IMG/VR virus record: IMGVR_UViG_3300038468_000223
Coordinates: 1-64,000 of that record
Source: a virus
Reading direction: 5' to 3' (one strand)
Length of the DNA: 64,000 nt
The notes beneath the pieces were generated by a model, which did not search any database, was not told the DNA's origin, and saw only the letters and a list, made by a program, of their open reading frames with translations. A program made the position numbers and the translations under genes. Shown one piece after another: positions 17,557 through 28,108 of this stretch (position 1 is the first letter of the stretch; each line of letters starts with the position of its first letter).

Positions 17557-17826
17557 ATGCGGAAGACCATGACCTGGGGCGTGATGCCCTCACGCGAGGA
17601 GTTCGACGAGGCGTGGGATGCCCAGTGCGACGAGCGGTTCGCCTTCGGTAACGATCCGCGACTCGGAACGTGCGCCCTGTCGCAGGACGAACTCTGGGAG
17701 GAGCTTTTGAAGGCCCATGCCGAGAGCCAAGCCGTCGACGGTTCCTCTGACGACGGAGGGGCACCGGAGCGCGCGGGCGACTGGTGTTCGGCCGTTCTGT
17801 ACTGCCTCGGCTTCGAGTGGGTCTGA
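17557..17826 (+). CDS. Hypothetical protein
   Basis: RBS GGAGG. Confidence 0.6.
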   Translation: MRKTMTWGVMPSREEFDEAWDAQCDERFAFGNDPRLGTCALSQDELWEELLKAHAESQAVDGSSDDGGAPERAGDWCSAVLYCLGFEWV

Positions 17827-17843
17827 CGCCAAAGGAGGAGAGG

Positions 17844-18251
17844 ATGAAAAAGATCGAGGTGCTCAAGGTGGACTTGAGTGGTGTCACGCTGCTCGGGGGA
17901 CACGAGGCCCGCGTGACGTGGCCCGCGCTTCGCGCGGCGGCCTACCAGGCCGACGACGACCTGGCCGTTCCGTACGCCGTCGCGCTGCTCGACGCGCTCG
18001 AGCGCGTCTACCGCGGGCCCGAGGAGGCCCTGCGTGCCGGTCAGGACTGGCTGGAGTGGCACCACATGAGGGTGCAGCCCTATTGTGGACCAGAGATGGC
18101 CGACGCCGGGTACGGACCCGCGGCGCGTGCCGCCGAGCGCAGGCGGGTCGAGACCGACATCCACGCCGAGCTAGTCGCGGTGGCTCCGGTGATCCGTCGG
18201 GTGAGGGAGCTGGCGGCGGCTGTCCGCCGCGCGGCGGAGGTGCGATCGTGA
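17844..18251 (+). CDS. Hypothetical protein
   Basis: RBS AGGAGG. Confidence 0.6.
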   Translation: MKKIEVLKVDLSGVTLLGGHEARVTWPALRAAAYQADDDLAVPYAVALLDALERVYRGPEEALRAGQDWLEWHHMRVQPYCGPEMADAGYGPAARAAERRRVETDIHAELVAVAPVIRRVRELAAAVRRAAEVRS

Positions 18252-18431
18252 TCATGAACTACTACACCAAGGGCTGCACGCCGTACGGCGCCGACATGGG
18301 TCGGCGAAGCGACCTGCCGCGCGACACGAAGGGCCCGCTGCGCGTGTGCCGCGTGCCCCTCGACGAGGGCGGCTACGATCCCGGCGGCGCGTACGCGGCG
18401 CCGTGGAGGTCTGGACCAAGAGGGAGACGTC

Positions 18432-19172
18432 ATGAACAAGTCCATGTCGAATGACGAGTATACGGCCCTGATCCGAGCCACGCGCGACGACACTCGCGCC
18501 GGATGCGTCGCCGCGCTCCGCAAGCTCGGAATCACGAGCGAGGCGGCAACGCTGCTCGCTAACGTCTCCGGTCTGCATCGGCACGAGCGCAGGGTGTTGC
18601 GGGTGCTCGACCTCGCCGCCGATCTCGATGGCGGTGAAACGGAGCTGTTCTGGCTCTGCCTCTTCGAGGGCGGCGGCAGCGGCGGGCGTGCCGGCCTGGG
18701 CGGCCCCCTCGGCCGCTCGACGACGCGCCTTGCGATCTTCGGGTCACTCGGTACGGGGCGCCAACACGCGTCCGATGGCGGAGCGTGGGACGCCGCGATC
18801 CGCGATGCCGCACGCGAGCTGATGCCGCGCGTCCTGGGTGACGGGCGGTGCGGCGGTCAACTGATCCCGACGCACGCTGAGGGCGCGCCGGACGACGGAG
18901 TCGTGGACTCCGTCGTCACCGATCCATACGACGGGAGCCGGCGCCGGACCGGCTCGTACGGCGTCGACGCGCTCGTGCGCTGGGGCGGGCGCGCTGCGGT
19001 AGCGTGGTGCGGCCGCGTGCTGTGTCGTGCTGCGGGCACGGCAGGGGCGCCCGCGCCACACAATCAGTGGTTCGGCGACTGGACGACCGAGATGTGCGAT
19101 CTCGACGTGCACGGGTGGACGCGCGTCTATGAGACGGCCGTTGCAGTCCTCGGGGAGTGCGACCTGACATGA
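18432..19172 (+). CDS. Hypothetical protein
   Basis: ORF with RBS. Confidence 0.55.
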   Translation: MNKSMSNDEYTALIRATRDDTRAGCVAALRKLGITSEAATLLANVSGLHRHERRVLRVLDLAADLDGGETELFWLCLFEGGGSGGRAGLGGPLGRSTTRLAIFGSLGTGRQHASDGGAWDAAIRDAARELMPRVLGDGRCGGQLIPTHAEGAPDDGVVDSVVTDPYDGSRRRTGSYGVDALVRWGGRAAVAWCGRVLCRAAGTAGAPAPHNQWFGDWTTEMCDLDVHGWTRVYETAVAVLGECDLT

Positions 19173-20014
19173 ACCACACACCGTCTCACGACATCTTCGT
19201 CGCCGGCGCCGCCGACAGAGGTGAGTGGCGAGAGCGCCACCGCGGTGGCGTCGACTCGCGGCGGATGCGCAGCCAGTGGCGTCGCGCGAAGAGCATGACG
19301 GCCCGGCTTCACGGTGCCGTGCGCGCCTCGCGCCAACGCTTTAGCCTGATCGAGAGGCCGACGCAGTCGAGCATCGCCGAGTACCTCCGGTACACCCGCG
19401 CACTGTACGGCGGCCGCGAGACGCCGATCTTCCACGTGTCCCTCTTCCGCGACCGGCTCCCTCTGGCCGTCGTCGACCGCCCACCCGAGAACGACACGGC
19501 CGAGCCGCGCGCCGAGATCATCCAGTTCCCGCGCACGGAGCAGCGCCGCAAGAGCGCGTACGATCTCTACGTGCAGGCGAGCGCCCTCGACGAGGACAGC
19601 ACGGCTTTCAACAAGACCGAGGCGCTCTACCGACGCGCGATTGCGCTCGATCCCAACCTCGCCATCGCCTACACCAACCTGGGCAACATCCGCTTCCGCC
19701 GCGGCGACGAGCTGGGCGCCCTCGCGCTCTACAAGCAGGCGCTGCAGCTCGACGAGACGCAGCCCGAGGCGCACTACAACATCGGCTACGTGATGCTAGA
19801 GCGCGGCGAGTTCAAGACGGCGAGGAGCTGCTTCGAGCGCGCGCTGCGGTACGATCCGCGCTTTGCCGACGCGCACTTCAACCTCGCGACGACCCTCGAG
19901 CAGCTCGGGGAGGCGCGCAAGGCGCGCCCGCACTGGAAACGCTACCTAGAGTTCAATCCGCGCGGCGTCTGGGCCGACGACGCGCGCCAACACCTCGGAA
20001 AGGCCGACCGATGA
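19169..20014 (+). CDS. Tetratricopeptide repeat protein
   Basis: Clear TPR units (AYTNLGNI, AHYNIGYV, AHFNLATT). Confidence 0.88.
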   Translation: MNHTPSHDIFVAGAADRGEWRERHRGGVDSRRMRSQWRRAKSMTARLHGAVRASRQRFSLIERPTQSSIAEYLRYTRALYGGRETPIFHVSLFRDRLPLAVVDRPPENDTAEPRAEIIQFPRTEQRRKSAYDLYVQASALDEDSTAFNKTEALYRRAIALDPNLAIAYTNLGNIRFRRGDELGALALYKQALQLDETQPEAHYNIGYVMLERGEFKTARSCFERALRYDPRFADAHFNLATTLEQLGEARKARPHWKRYLEFNPRGVWADDARQHLGKADR

Positions 20015-20337
20015 AGATCACCATCCTCTCCGCTCTCCTCCTCTGCGCCTGCGGCGCCCCGTTCGAGGCCTCGCCCGGCGACGGCTCGCCCAGTGAGCCC
20101 CCGAGCCACGAGGCCTCGACTCGCGAGGCGCGCGACGAGGCGCCGAGCGCCGTCGCACCGACGCTCGACGCCGGCGCGAACCCCACGGCGCCCGACGCCG
20201 GCGGCGAGGCCTGCCCCGCGACGCCGGAGTACTATCAGCGCGCCCAGAGCGAGCTGACCAAGTCGTCGGGCCCGACGTGGTGCCCGTGCCCGAGCACGTC
20301 GTGCTGCTACGACGGGCTCGTCTGCGTCGCGAAGTAG
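20011..20337 (+). CDS. Cys-rich lipoprotein (paralog of 2490-2870)
   Basis: Lipobox LCAC; CPATPEYYQ...WCPCPSTSCCYDGLVC. Confidence 0.75.
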   Translation: MKITILSALLLCACGAPFEASPGDGSPSEPPSHEASTREARDEAPSAVAPTLDAGANPTAPDAGGEACPATPEYYQRAQSELTKSSGPTWCPCPSTSCCYDGLVCVAK

Positions 20338-20345
20338 GAGGAGAC

Positions 20346-20723
20346 ATGGACCGAGCAAGCTTCGAGAAGCTGTCGCTCTTTGACCAGGCAGAGCACCTCC
20401 TCGGTAGCCTCGGCAGCGGATTGAAACTGCCACTCAGCGTGGCGGCGGTCAGCGCCGACAGGCTGACGTGGTGCGAGGACGGCGTTCTGAGGTGCGCGGA
20501 CGGCGTCCTGATCGACGACTCCATCCGAGTCGTCAAGGACGACAGCCTCCCCGGCTACGTGGTGACGTACGAGAGCCGTTCCGGCGTGGTCGAGATCGCG
20601 GCGGAGCACTGCGCCGCCTCCGCCTTGGTGGAGGCGTTCACCGCCGCCTTCCGAGAGCGGCTCCGCAAGGCGGTCGAGGACCTCGTCGAGCCCCCTCCGC
20701 CCCCCAGTGAGCCCTCGACGTAA
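20346..20723 (+). CDS. Hypothetical protein
   Basis: RBS GGAGG. Confidence 0.55.
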   Translation: MDRASFEKLSLFDQAEHLLGSLGSGLKLPLSVAAVSADRLTWCEDGVLRCADGVLIDDSIRVVKDDSLPGYVVTYESRSGVVEIAAEHCAASALVEAFTAAFRERLRKAVEDLVEPPPPPSEPST

Positions 20724-21752
20724 GGAGGATCGACGTTCGAAAGCAGCACACGAGCGGACCTTGTGCGAGTCCAGGACGGGCAAGCGGTTCGGGGTCATGC
20801 CCGCACACGTGTCGCGCCGCACGCTCGTGCGCTGCTTCCGAACGTCGACGAGGAGGAGAAGATGACGATCAACATCCGGGAGTGCGAGCCCGATTGGGTC
20901 GAGGTGCAGTGATCATGAAAGAGAAGCTCGATCGCATCGTTGCTGTGGGTCCTCTCGTCAGCGAAAAGCGACGTCTCGTTCTTCGCGAGACCGAGACCGG
21001 CTTGAGCACCGGGACGCTCGGTCCGGTCCAACAAGGCAAACCGATGGTCGAGGGCGCCGAGCTTCTCGACATCGACTACAAGACCGGCTGCGTGACGGTG
21101 CTCTACCGCCACGGGCCCGCGCAGGTCGCCACCAAGGCGTACCGCAACGGTTGGGATGCCGTCTTCGGCAAGGAGAAGGAATGACGACCTCCAAGTGCCC
21201 GCACGGCCGCACCGTCGGTAAGACCGACGGCGGCACGTTCGTGTGTCTCAAGTGCCTCGGTGTCGACGAGGAGCGTCGCCGCGTCGCCGGCGTGCTCGAC
21301 GCCGCGAAGCGCCTCCTCCTCGCCGCGAAGGTCCGCGGCAACCGCGTGGAGGTGCCCGGCGAGAACCTCAACGCGCTCGTGACCGCGATCAAGACGTACG
21401 AGGCCCCGCCCGAACGTCGGGGTCCCACCGAGGGTGGCGGGTGAGGCTCGCGGGCCTGGTCGCGGCCGACTTCTCGATCAAGATCAAGTTCAAGCCGGCG
21501 GCGGGTCTCTCCGTCGCCGACATCAGGGCTTTGATCCGAGTACGTGCGGCACAAGAAAGCAAGGGCCGGCCGATGCCGTTCGAGCTGGTCGTGCTATGCA
21601 CGTCGGCTCGAGAGACGCCTGTCAAGACCTGGGAGAGTCTCGTCCGTCGAAAGTTGTTGACGGGAAGCCGATCCGTTCGGCTCACCAGGAAGGGCCGCAA
21701 AAAGCTCGACGAAGTTCTCGGGGTGCTCGTCAGTGGTTGAACCATGCACCCC

Positions 21753-21781
21753 TTGACAAGTGATAGACACATGTCTATCAT
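21753..21781 (+). promoter_or_regulatory. Sigma70-type promoter with overlapping palindromic operator
   Basis: TTGACA-17 nt-TATCAT; TGATAGACA-CA-TGTCTATCA palindrome at 21761-21780. Confidence 0.75.
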
Positions 21782-21815
21782 CGACACGCCATCGCACCGA
21801 AAAAGGGAGAAGACC

Positions 21816-22328
21816 ATGACGACCAAGAGGAAGAAGACCAGCAGCGGCGGCAACAAGAAGGCCGCCCCGCGGCGCCCGGCGCGCGCGAAGGCCGCCCACG
21901 AGGCCCCCGTCGCCGCCAACCCGTACTGCAAGAAGATCCAGCACCACGTCGACGCCGTGTACCGGCGCCTCGGGCGGCAGATCGCCAAGCTGCGCGCCTT
22001 CGGCCTGACCGACGAGGAGGGCGGCGTCGTCGCCACGGCGGCCGCGGCCTGCGCCGGCGTGCTCAAGACCAGCCAGCTCCTGGCCGGCGTGCCGGAGGAC
22101 TGGAAGCCCGCCCGCGGCTCGATCACGACGGCCCCCATCGACGTCGGTGCGGTCGTCACCTTCAAGGAGAAGGTGGCCGCGAAGTACGCGAAGCTCATCG
22201 ACAACGGCGCCACCGTCATCGTCTCGAGCATCGTCGACGGCCAGCTCCACTGCCGGACCATGTCGGCCGGCACGACGACCTCGATCCTGATCCCGCGCTC
22301 CCACGTCGTCCGGGCCTCCGCCGCGTAG
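21816..22328 (+). CDS. Hypothetical protein with basic K/R/A-rich N-terminus
   Basis: Lies downstream of the promoter and an RBS. Confidence 0.7.
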   Translation: MTTKRKKTSSGGNKKAAPRRPARAKAAHEAPVAANPYCKKIQHHVDAVYRRLGRQIAKLRAFGLTDEEGGVVATAAAACAGVLKTSQLLAGVPEDWKPARGSITTAPIDVGAVVTFKEKVAAKYAKLIDNGATVIVSSIVDGQLHCRTMSAGTTTSILIPRSHVVRASAA

Positions 22329-22349
22329 TCGGAGTGGTACACTCCGGCC

Positions 22350-22850
22350 ATGCTCTTCCTACACGCGAACACCCGAGCGCTCACCTGGCACCGCGAGGGC
22401 GGTGGCGGGTCCTTCGTCCCCTCCGGCAAGCGCACCTACTTCGGTGACCGCGCGGTCCTCGACTACAGGCGCAACCCCGTCCGCTGGGACTCCACCGAGA
22501 CCCACGCGGCACGGCTCATCGTCGGCTTCAACGTCGGCGGCGAGCCGCGCTGGTCGGTCGAGGACGTGATCCCGATCGTGGCCGCGGTCCGCAAGGATCA
22601 AGGTGACAAGCAGGGCGCGACCTTCCTCTACCAGAAGGGTCTCTACCGTCACCACGTGAGCGGCCAGCTCGTCGAGGAGAACGGCGCCCAGGTCGTCATC
22701 ATCGACGTCTGGGGAACGCCGCGCGAGGCGTTCCACACCGAGATGATGACGCTCGCGGAGACGCTCGCCGCGCGCCTCGAACAGGAGGAGGTCATCCTCG
22801 AGTTCCAGGTCAACGGCGTGACCACGAGCACGCTCGGCGTCTACGCATGA
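22350..22850 (+). CDS. Hypothetical protein, possible SAM-lyase/DUF3574-like fold
   Basis: RLIVGFN...GATF...KGLY...E.GAQV...LAETLAARLEQEEVI pattern. Confidence 0.4.
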   Translation: MLFLHANTRALTWHREGGGGSFVPSGKRTYFGDRAVLDYRRNPVRWDSTETHAARLIVGFNVGGEPRWSVEDVIPIVAAVRKDQGDKQGATFLYQKGLYRHHVSGQLVEENGAQVVIIDVWGTPREAFHTEMMTLAETLAARLEQEEVILEFQVNGVTTSTLGVYA

Positions 22851-23203
22851 TCGGCACGACCGACACCGCGAAGCGCCTCTTGCCCTTCTTCGAGGGGCTC
22901 GCGCGCCACGCGAACATCGGTTCGAGTCGGGTCAAGCTCCACGTCTCGAAGAAGCAGGTCGCGCCCGAGGCGGTGGGCGACACCATTCGCCTGCCGGACC
23001 TCTCGGACGAGCCCCGGCTCTTCGTCCGCAGCTTCCTTCACGAGCTTCGTCACGTGCGCGACGTGCTCGACGGGTTCGCCCTCCAGCTCTCGGAAGAGGA
23101 GATGGAGGCGCGCGCGCGTCGAGCAGAACGAACCATCTCACCGGCCGCCGTGGACATGCTGCTCAAGCGCCACGCCGCCCTCTTCCAGAAGGACGCGTCA
23201 TGA
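22847..23203 (+). CDS. Small HExxH (zincin-like) protein
   Basis: SFLHELRH motif with a downstream E. Confidence 0.5.
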   Translation: MIGTTDTAKRLLPFFEGLARHANIGSSRVKLHVSKKQVAPEAVGDTIRLPDLSDEPRLFVRSFLHELRHVRDVLDGFALQLSEEEMEARARRAERTISPAAVDMLLKRHAALFQKDAS

Positions 23204-23580
23204 GCGAGGACAAGGATCAGGACCAGGCCGAGGCAGCCGAGGAGACGCAGACCATGCCGCTCGGGCTGCCGAAGGGGTTCAACCCCAAGGCCCAGGCCCT
23301 GGCCGAGAGCAACTGGGCGATGCACCTGGCGCAGCAGTCGATCGACATCGACCGGCGCAAGTCGTGGTTCTTCGTCGCCGAGGAGACCCTCGTGGAGTGG
23401 GTCGAGGGCCTCGGTGACAAGGCACCGGATGCGACGCTGTCGATGGAGGCGCTCGCCCGCCGGCGCGCCGGGGTTCCCGCCGAGACGCCCGTCAGGCGCG
23501 GCGTCAACATGACCGGGCGGGTCATGTACGCCGTGTGGACGGGGCCGACGGCGGAGCCCACGTTCGACCCGGAGTTCTGA
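23200..23580 (+). CDS. Hypothetical protein
   Basis: Coupled ORF. Confidence 0.6.
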   Translation: MSEDKDQDQAEAAEETQTMPLGLPKGFNPKAQALAESNWAMHLAQQSIDIDRRKSWFFVAEETLVEWVEGLGDKAPDATLSMEALARRRAGVPAETPVRRGVNMTGRVMYAVWTGPTAEPTFDPEF

Positions 23581-23582
23581 GC

Positions 23583-23834
23583 ATGGCCTACTCGACCTTC
23601 GGGGCGCTCTACACCCTCGACAAGACCAGAGCGATCGAGCTGGCGGTCGACACGATCAACAAGCACGAGGGCGACCTGACCGCATCGGCGCGCGCGCTCC
23701 GCATCGGGCGCAACACGCTCCTGCGGTTCATCGCCAAGAGCGAGACGCTGCGGTCGGCGGTGAAAGCCGTCCGCGAGGCGCATGGCTGGCGGCAGGTCAA
23801 CGGCCGGTGGTACATGCCAGGAGCAGTGGGATGA
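23583..23834 (+). CDS. Fis-type HTH protein
   Basis: HEGDLTASARALRIGRNTLLR. Confidence 0.75.
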   Translation: MAYSTFGALYTLDKTRAIELAVDTINKHEGDLTASARALRIGRNTLLRFIAKSETLRSAVKAVREAHGWRQVNGRWYMPGAVG

Positions 23835-24115
23835 GCGGCCGACTACTGGACCTCGTCAAGCAGGAGAAGTTCCTCGCGCTCGAGCAGTACATCAAGACGA
23901 AGCTCGCGGCGACGTGGATGGAGATCCTCGCGTACCGCAAGGTCGCCGGCGTCGACATCGACGAGAGCGAGCAGTTCGCGCTCTTGCTCCTCATCGACTT
24001 CGTGATCGAGACCATGCACGACATGGACATGTCGCGCGAGGAGATGCTCGCCGCCGTCACCACGGCGTTCGACGACCTGAAGAAGAAGGAGGAGGAAGAA
24101 GACACCGTCGAGTAA
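23831..24115 (+). CDS. Hypothetical protein
   Basis: Coupled ORF. Confidence 0.6.
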   Translation: MSGRLLDLVKQEKFLALEQYIKTKLAATWMEILAYRKVAGVDIDESEQFALLLLIDFVIETMHDMDMSREEMLAAVTTAFDDLKKKEEEEDTVE

Positions 24116-24121
24116 GAGTGA

Positions 24122-24476
<355 letters not shown>

Positions 24477-24493
24477 ACGAAAGGGGAAAGTAC

Positions 24494-24664
24494 ATGGAGT
24501 GGTTCACCGTCGACAAGGAGGGGCTCGCCCAGCTCCTCGCTCGCAGGGGGAAGGTCTTCGCCCTCTACGAGCTGATCCAGAACGCGTGGGACACGAACGC
24601 CAAGCACGTCTGCGTGGATCTTCATCCGAGCGCGGGCCGCCCCCTGGTGGAGGTAGAGGCATGA
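24494..24664 (+). pseudogene. N-terminal fragment of a GHKL (HSP90/MORC-like) ATPase
   Basis: ALYELIQNAWD N-box, then a stop after 56 aa. Confidence 0.6.
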
Positions 24665-24984
24665 TCCTCAAGTTCACCACCAAAGACACCGCGCAGCACT
24701 GCGTCGCCTGCACCGAAGAGACACCGTGCGGCTGGTGCGCCGACCGGCGCAGCAAGGCCGGCCAGGAGATCGTGATCGTCGCCGGAGTCGGCGTGAACGC
24801 ACACCGCGCGTTCGAGCACGCCTGCGCGCACTTCGGCATGTCGCAACGATCCGACTTCGACGTCGTTCAGTTGCCGTCGCTCGAGGGGGTCACGTGCGAG
24901 GTGATCGACCTCACCAGACACGGCAACGATTTCTTGCACGGCGGAACCATGCGCGGCGTGCACTACAAGGCGAAGAAGCGATGA
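24661..24984 (+). CDS. Hypothetical protein
   Basis: Coupled ORF with CxxC pairs. Confidence 0.55.
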   Translation: MILKFTTKDTAQHCVACTEETPCGWCADRRSKAGQEIVIVAGVGVNAHRAFEHACAHFGMSQRSDFDVVQLPSLEGVTCEVIDLTRHGNDFLHGGTMRGVHYKAKKR

Positions 24985-25526
24985 ACGTCGAGGCTCCCAC
25001 TGGTTGGGCGGACGTCTCGCGGCACCTGCGGGTCTGGCCGGGTACCAAGGTGGTGGTGGACAACCACGCGGGGCTCTCGCTCGTCAAGAACTTCCTGGTG
25101 ACGCTGGACACGGACGTCACCATCCTCATCGCGCTCGGGCGAGGAACCCTGCGAGGGGGCTTCTCCAAGCCGAAGCCCAGATCCACTTGCCCGCGGCATC
25201 TCCCGATCCCGCCCGACGTCTGGGTCGAGTACATCGATCGCGAGGCAAAATGGGCGACCCCGAAACCGCAGCTCGCCATCCACTGGCACGTCCCGATGCA
25301 CGCGCCGACCCGCGACGAGGCCGACACCTATCGTAAGGCGTTCCTCAACGCCGCGTTCAAGCAGGTCGCGAAGGACGGCCAGATCTTGATGCGTGCGCCG
25401 TTGTCGTGGCTCGCCGATCGAGAGCTGCACACCGCGCGCCCCGCCGAGCTTTTCATCTGCCGGGATCTCGAGCACGCGTGGTTCCTCTGGGACCGCTCGC
25501 GCGCCCCGACCTGGCACCTACTGTGA
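24981..25526 (+). CDS. Hypothetical protein, degenerate methyltransferase-like
   Basis: C-terminal FL.AA..GQILM..PLSWL...HAWFLW pattern; no NPPY motif. Confidence 0.45.
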   Translation: MNVEAPTGWADVSRHLRVWPGTKVVVDNHAGLSLVKNFLVTLDTDVTILIALGRGTLRGGFSKPKPRSTCPRHLPIPPDVWVEYIDREAKWATPKPQLAIHWHVPMHAPTRDEADTYRKAFLNAAFKQVAKDGQILMRAPLSWLADRELHTARPAELFICRDLEHAWFLWDRSRAPTWHLL

Positions 25527-25558
25527 CCCCCAACGTTCAGAAGGAGCCGTGAAAGCAC

Positions 25559-25756
25559 ATGCCGCTCGTGGAATACATCGCCTCTCTCGTCCTCGACCTG
25601 CGTCGCAACAAGAACAAGCCGGACAAGCTGCGCCTGGTGCAGGACGAGGTCATTCGTCAGGCGCTCAGGCGCACCGAGGGCAACAAGAGCGCCGCGGCGC
25701 GCCTCCTCGGCATGGAGCGCAAGGCGTTCTGCCGCAAGGCGGACAAGATCCGCTAG
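25559..25756 (+). CDS. Fis-type HTH protein
   Basis: ALRRTEGNKSAAARLLGMERKAF. Confidence 0.8.
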   Translation: MPLVEYIASLVLDLRRNKNKPDKLRLVQDEVIRQALRRTEGNKSAAARLLGMERKAFCRKADKIR

Positions 25757-26061
25757 TGCGCCATGCACACCCTCGTCCGCTACCAGTGCGAGATCTGCCT
25801 GGGTACCTACGACGATCCCGCCGCCGCCCGCGCGTGCGAGGCGCAGGGGCTGCCCGCGCCGGTTCCGTGGCTCCCGCTGGCGGACCCGCCGCCGAGGTGG
25901 CGCTACGTGTACGCCGTGTTGGCGCCGGGGCCCGCGTTCAAACGGGAACTCGCGCGCAACGAGCAGCCGCCAAGCTCGCCGAGGCGGCGCTCGTCGACGA
26001 GCCGCTGCCGAAGTCGGCGCGGACCACCAAGCCGCGCCGCGCGATCAGGGGGGAAGAAGTG

Positions 26062-26424
26062 ATGGCGGCGAAGAAGTCGACCAGGCCCTCCGAGATGGAG
26101 GTGGGCCTCGCTCAGAACCGCATCGAGCCGTTCCTCGGAGCTGAAGCGATGCCTAGCGTAGAGTTGGATCCGTTTGTGATCCGTGTGGTCCGTGCCATCG
26201 GCGAAGGGCTGGCCCGCGTGGGCGTTCGGTCTGCCAACGTGGACTACAAGAAGGTGCGCGGAACGAAGCTCTATCGCTTCATCGTGGTGTCCAAGAAATT
26301 CAAGTCGATGGACTTCTCCGAACGGCAGCACGTTGTATGGCGAATCGTCGAGCGGGACCTGCCGCCACGGGATACGCAGCGGATCAGCATGATCCTCACG
26401 CTAACGCCGGACGAGGCGCTTTAG
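26062..26424 (+). CDS. BolA-like hypothetical protein
   Basis: FIVVSKKFKSMDFSERQHVVW. Confidence 0.45.
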   Translation: MAAKKSTRPSEMEVGLAQNRIEPFLGAEAMPSVELDPFVIRVVRAIGEGLARVGVRSANVDYKKVRGTKLYRFIVVSKKFKSMDFSERQHVVWRIVERDLPPRDTQRISMILTLTPDEAL

Positions 26425-26457
26425 CGCTGCGTGCGTGGTCACGTCGGCACTTGACGA

Positions 26458-26778
26458 CTACCCGCGTTTGCTGCGCGCACCACACTCCGCGACGAGACGC
26501 GACAAGATCGGTAGGGGCTTCGTTGGGCGCCCCGCCCGGCGCTTCTCAACACGCTCCGGAGAGACGAACAACTCGTGCACGTCCGTCTCGAACGCGTTCG
26601 CGAGCGCAACGAGCGTTCTGACCGTCACGTTGCGGTGCCCTCCTTCGATCGCCTGGTAGTCACGAAGGAGCACGCCGAGTCGCTCCGCCGCGTCGGCCTG
26701 CGTCCAAGAGCGGGCGCGTCGTAGCTCGCGGAGGCGCATGCCGAGAGCGTCTAGGACACGTGCGAGCGTCTGGCGCAC
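26458..26778 (-). CDS. XRE/Cro-C1 HTH regulator
   Basis: LRELRRARSWTQADAAERLGV..YQAIEGGHRNVTVRTL. Confidence 0.85.
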   Translation of the reverse strand: MRQTLARVLDALGMRLRELRRARSWTQADAAERLGVLLRDYQAIEGGHRNVTVRTLVALANAFETDVHELFVSPERVEKRRAGRPTKPLPILSRLVAECGARSKRG

Positions 26779-27599
26779 CGACCCGACGATGGGCGTTGCA
26801 CCCCCTTTGATAAAACGCGACGATGATCACGTTATTTGGAGGTTCGCGATGACGCGATCATGCTCTCGCGCGGCCGGCGCCGCCGCCCTGGTGGCCGCGG
26901 TGGCTCTCATTGCCGTCGACCTTCCCTCGCTCGGTTGCGGCGGCGAGTTCACCGGGCTCGTCGATGTAGCTAACGAAGGTGGCGCTAGCATCGACGGCCG
27001 GCGGTCCTGGCGGGCGCCCAGTGCGCGTCGTCGTCTCCACCGGGATGCCTCGTCGCGCAGTGCCGAGCGAAGCCACACTCCCTCACCCTGTGGAAGCCTC
27101 GTCGTTCCGCTCGAACGACGAGGCTTCCACGGGTGTGAGGACCGCTCGGGACCGCGCCGGCTGAGAAACGCCGTCTGACGCCACCAGCCCATCGATCGCT
27201 CGTCCTGGCGGCGGCCAGGCCCGTTAGACGAGCCCACGAGCGCGTCGTAGAGTCGAAGGGCACAAACACGAACGGCCGAGCGGTGGGCGCCCGGCCGTCG
27301 TGCCTCCCGGCAAGGAGTTCGTTCTGGTGACAAGAAACGTAATCCCGTTCCCGCGGGCGGTCCAGCGCGCGTCGAGAAAACGCGCGCTGGACCGCGCGAC
27401 GCCGGGCGAGGCTCACCCCGCAGGGCTCGACCCTCTCACGGCGCTGGAGGCCATCACGGCGCGACCCGAGCGCGTCCACGAGGTGTTCGCGGCCCTCGAT
27501 ACCGCCAGTCCCGAGGAGGAGGACGGCGCGGGCGTCACCAGCGGTGGAGCGGCGATGGTGGACTGGCCCTACCCGCCGGGCCGGGGCAAGGTCGGGTGG

Positions 27600-27960
27600 T
27601 CGTGGCGGCGAAACGCCTCGACGGGCGCGATGCAGTGGCACGCCACCGTCACGCCGCCGGACGAGGCGCGCTCCAACTGGCAGCCTCTCGATCCCGCCAT
27701 CCCCGAACGTGACGCCGCACGCGCCGAGGCGGACGCGCGCGCGCTGGTTGACGAGTCGGCGGGCGCGGCGCTCGTCGCAGCGGCGCGGGCGCCACGGCAG
27801 TCGACCGAAACCGTCGATGCGCGGACGCCGGTCGCAAGTGGCGCGAGGGCACGTGGGGTGGCCGCTGGGGCAAGTGGATCTCGCCAGTGCTCGGCACCAA
27901 GCCCGTCACGAGCATCACGCGCGACGACATCGAGGACGTGCGCGAGACCGTGGCGCCGCG
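27600..27960 (+). pseudogene. Remnant of the N-terminal (arm/core-binding) part of a tyrosine integrase
   Basis: Frameshifted pieces WQPLDPAIP..D.ARA and RWGKWISPVLGTKPVTSITRDDIEDVRE; no catalytic domain. Confidence 0.45.
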
Positions 27961-28108
27961 GCTCATGAAGTGCGCGCACTTCGCACACTTCAAGCCGGTC
28001 CTGCGCTGGGAGGGCCCGGGCGGCGAGGTCAAGACCACCGAGGAGCTGCTGGCTTCTCTCCCCTAGTAGACCTCGACCACGAGGTCTGCTAGACAGGTGT
28101 CTAACAAC

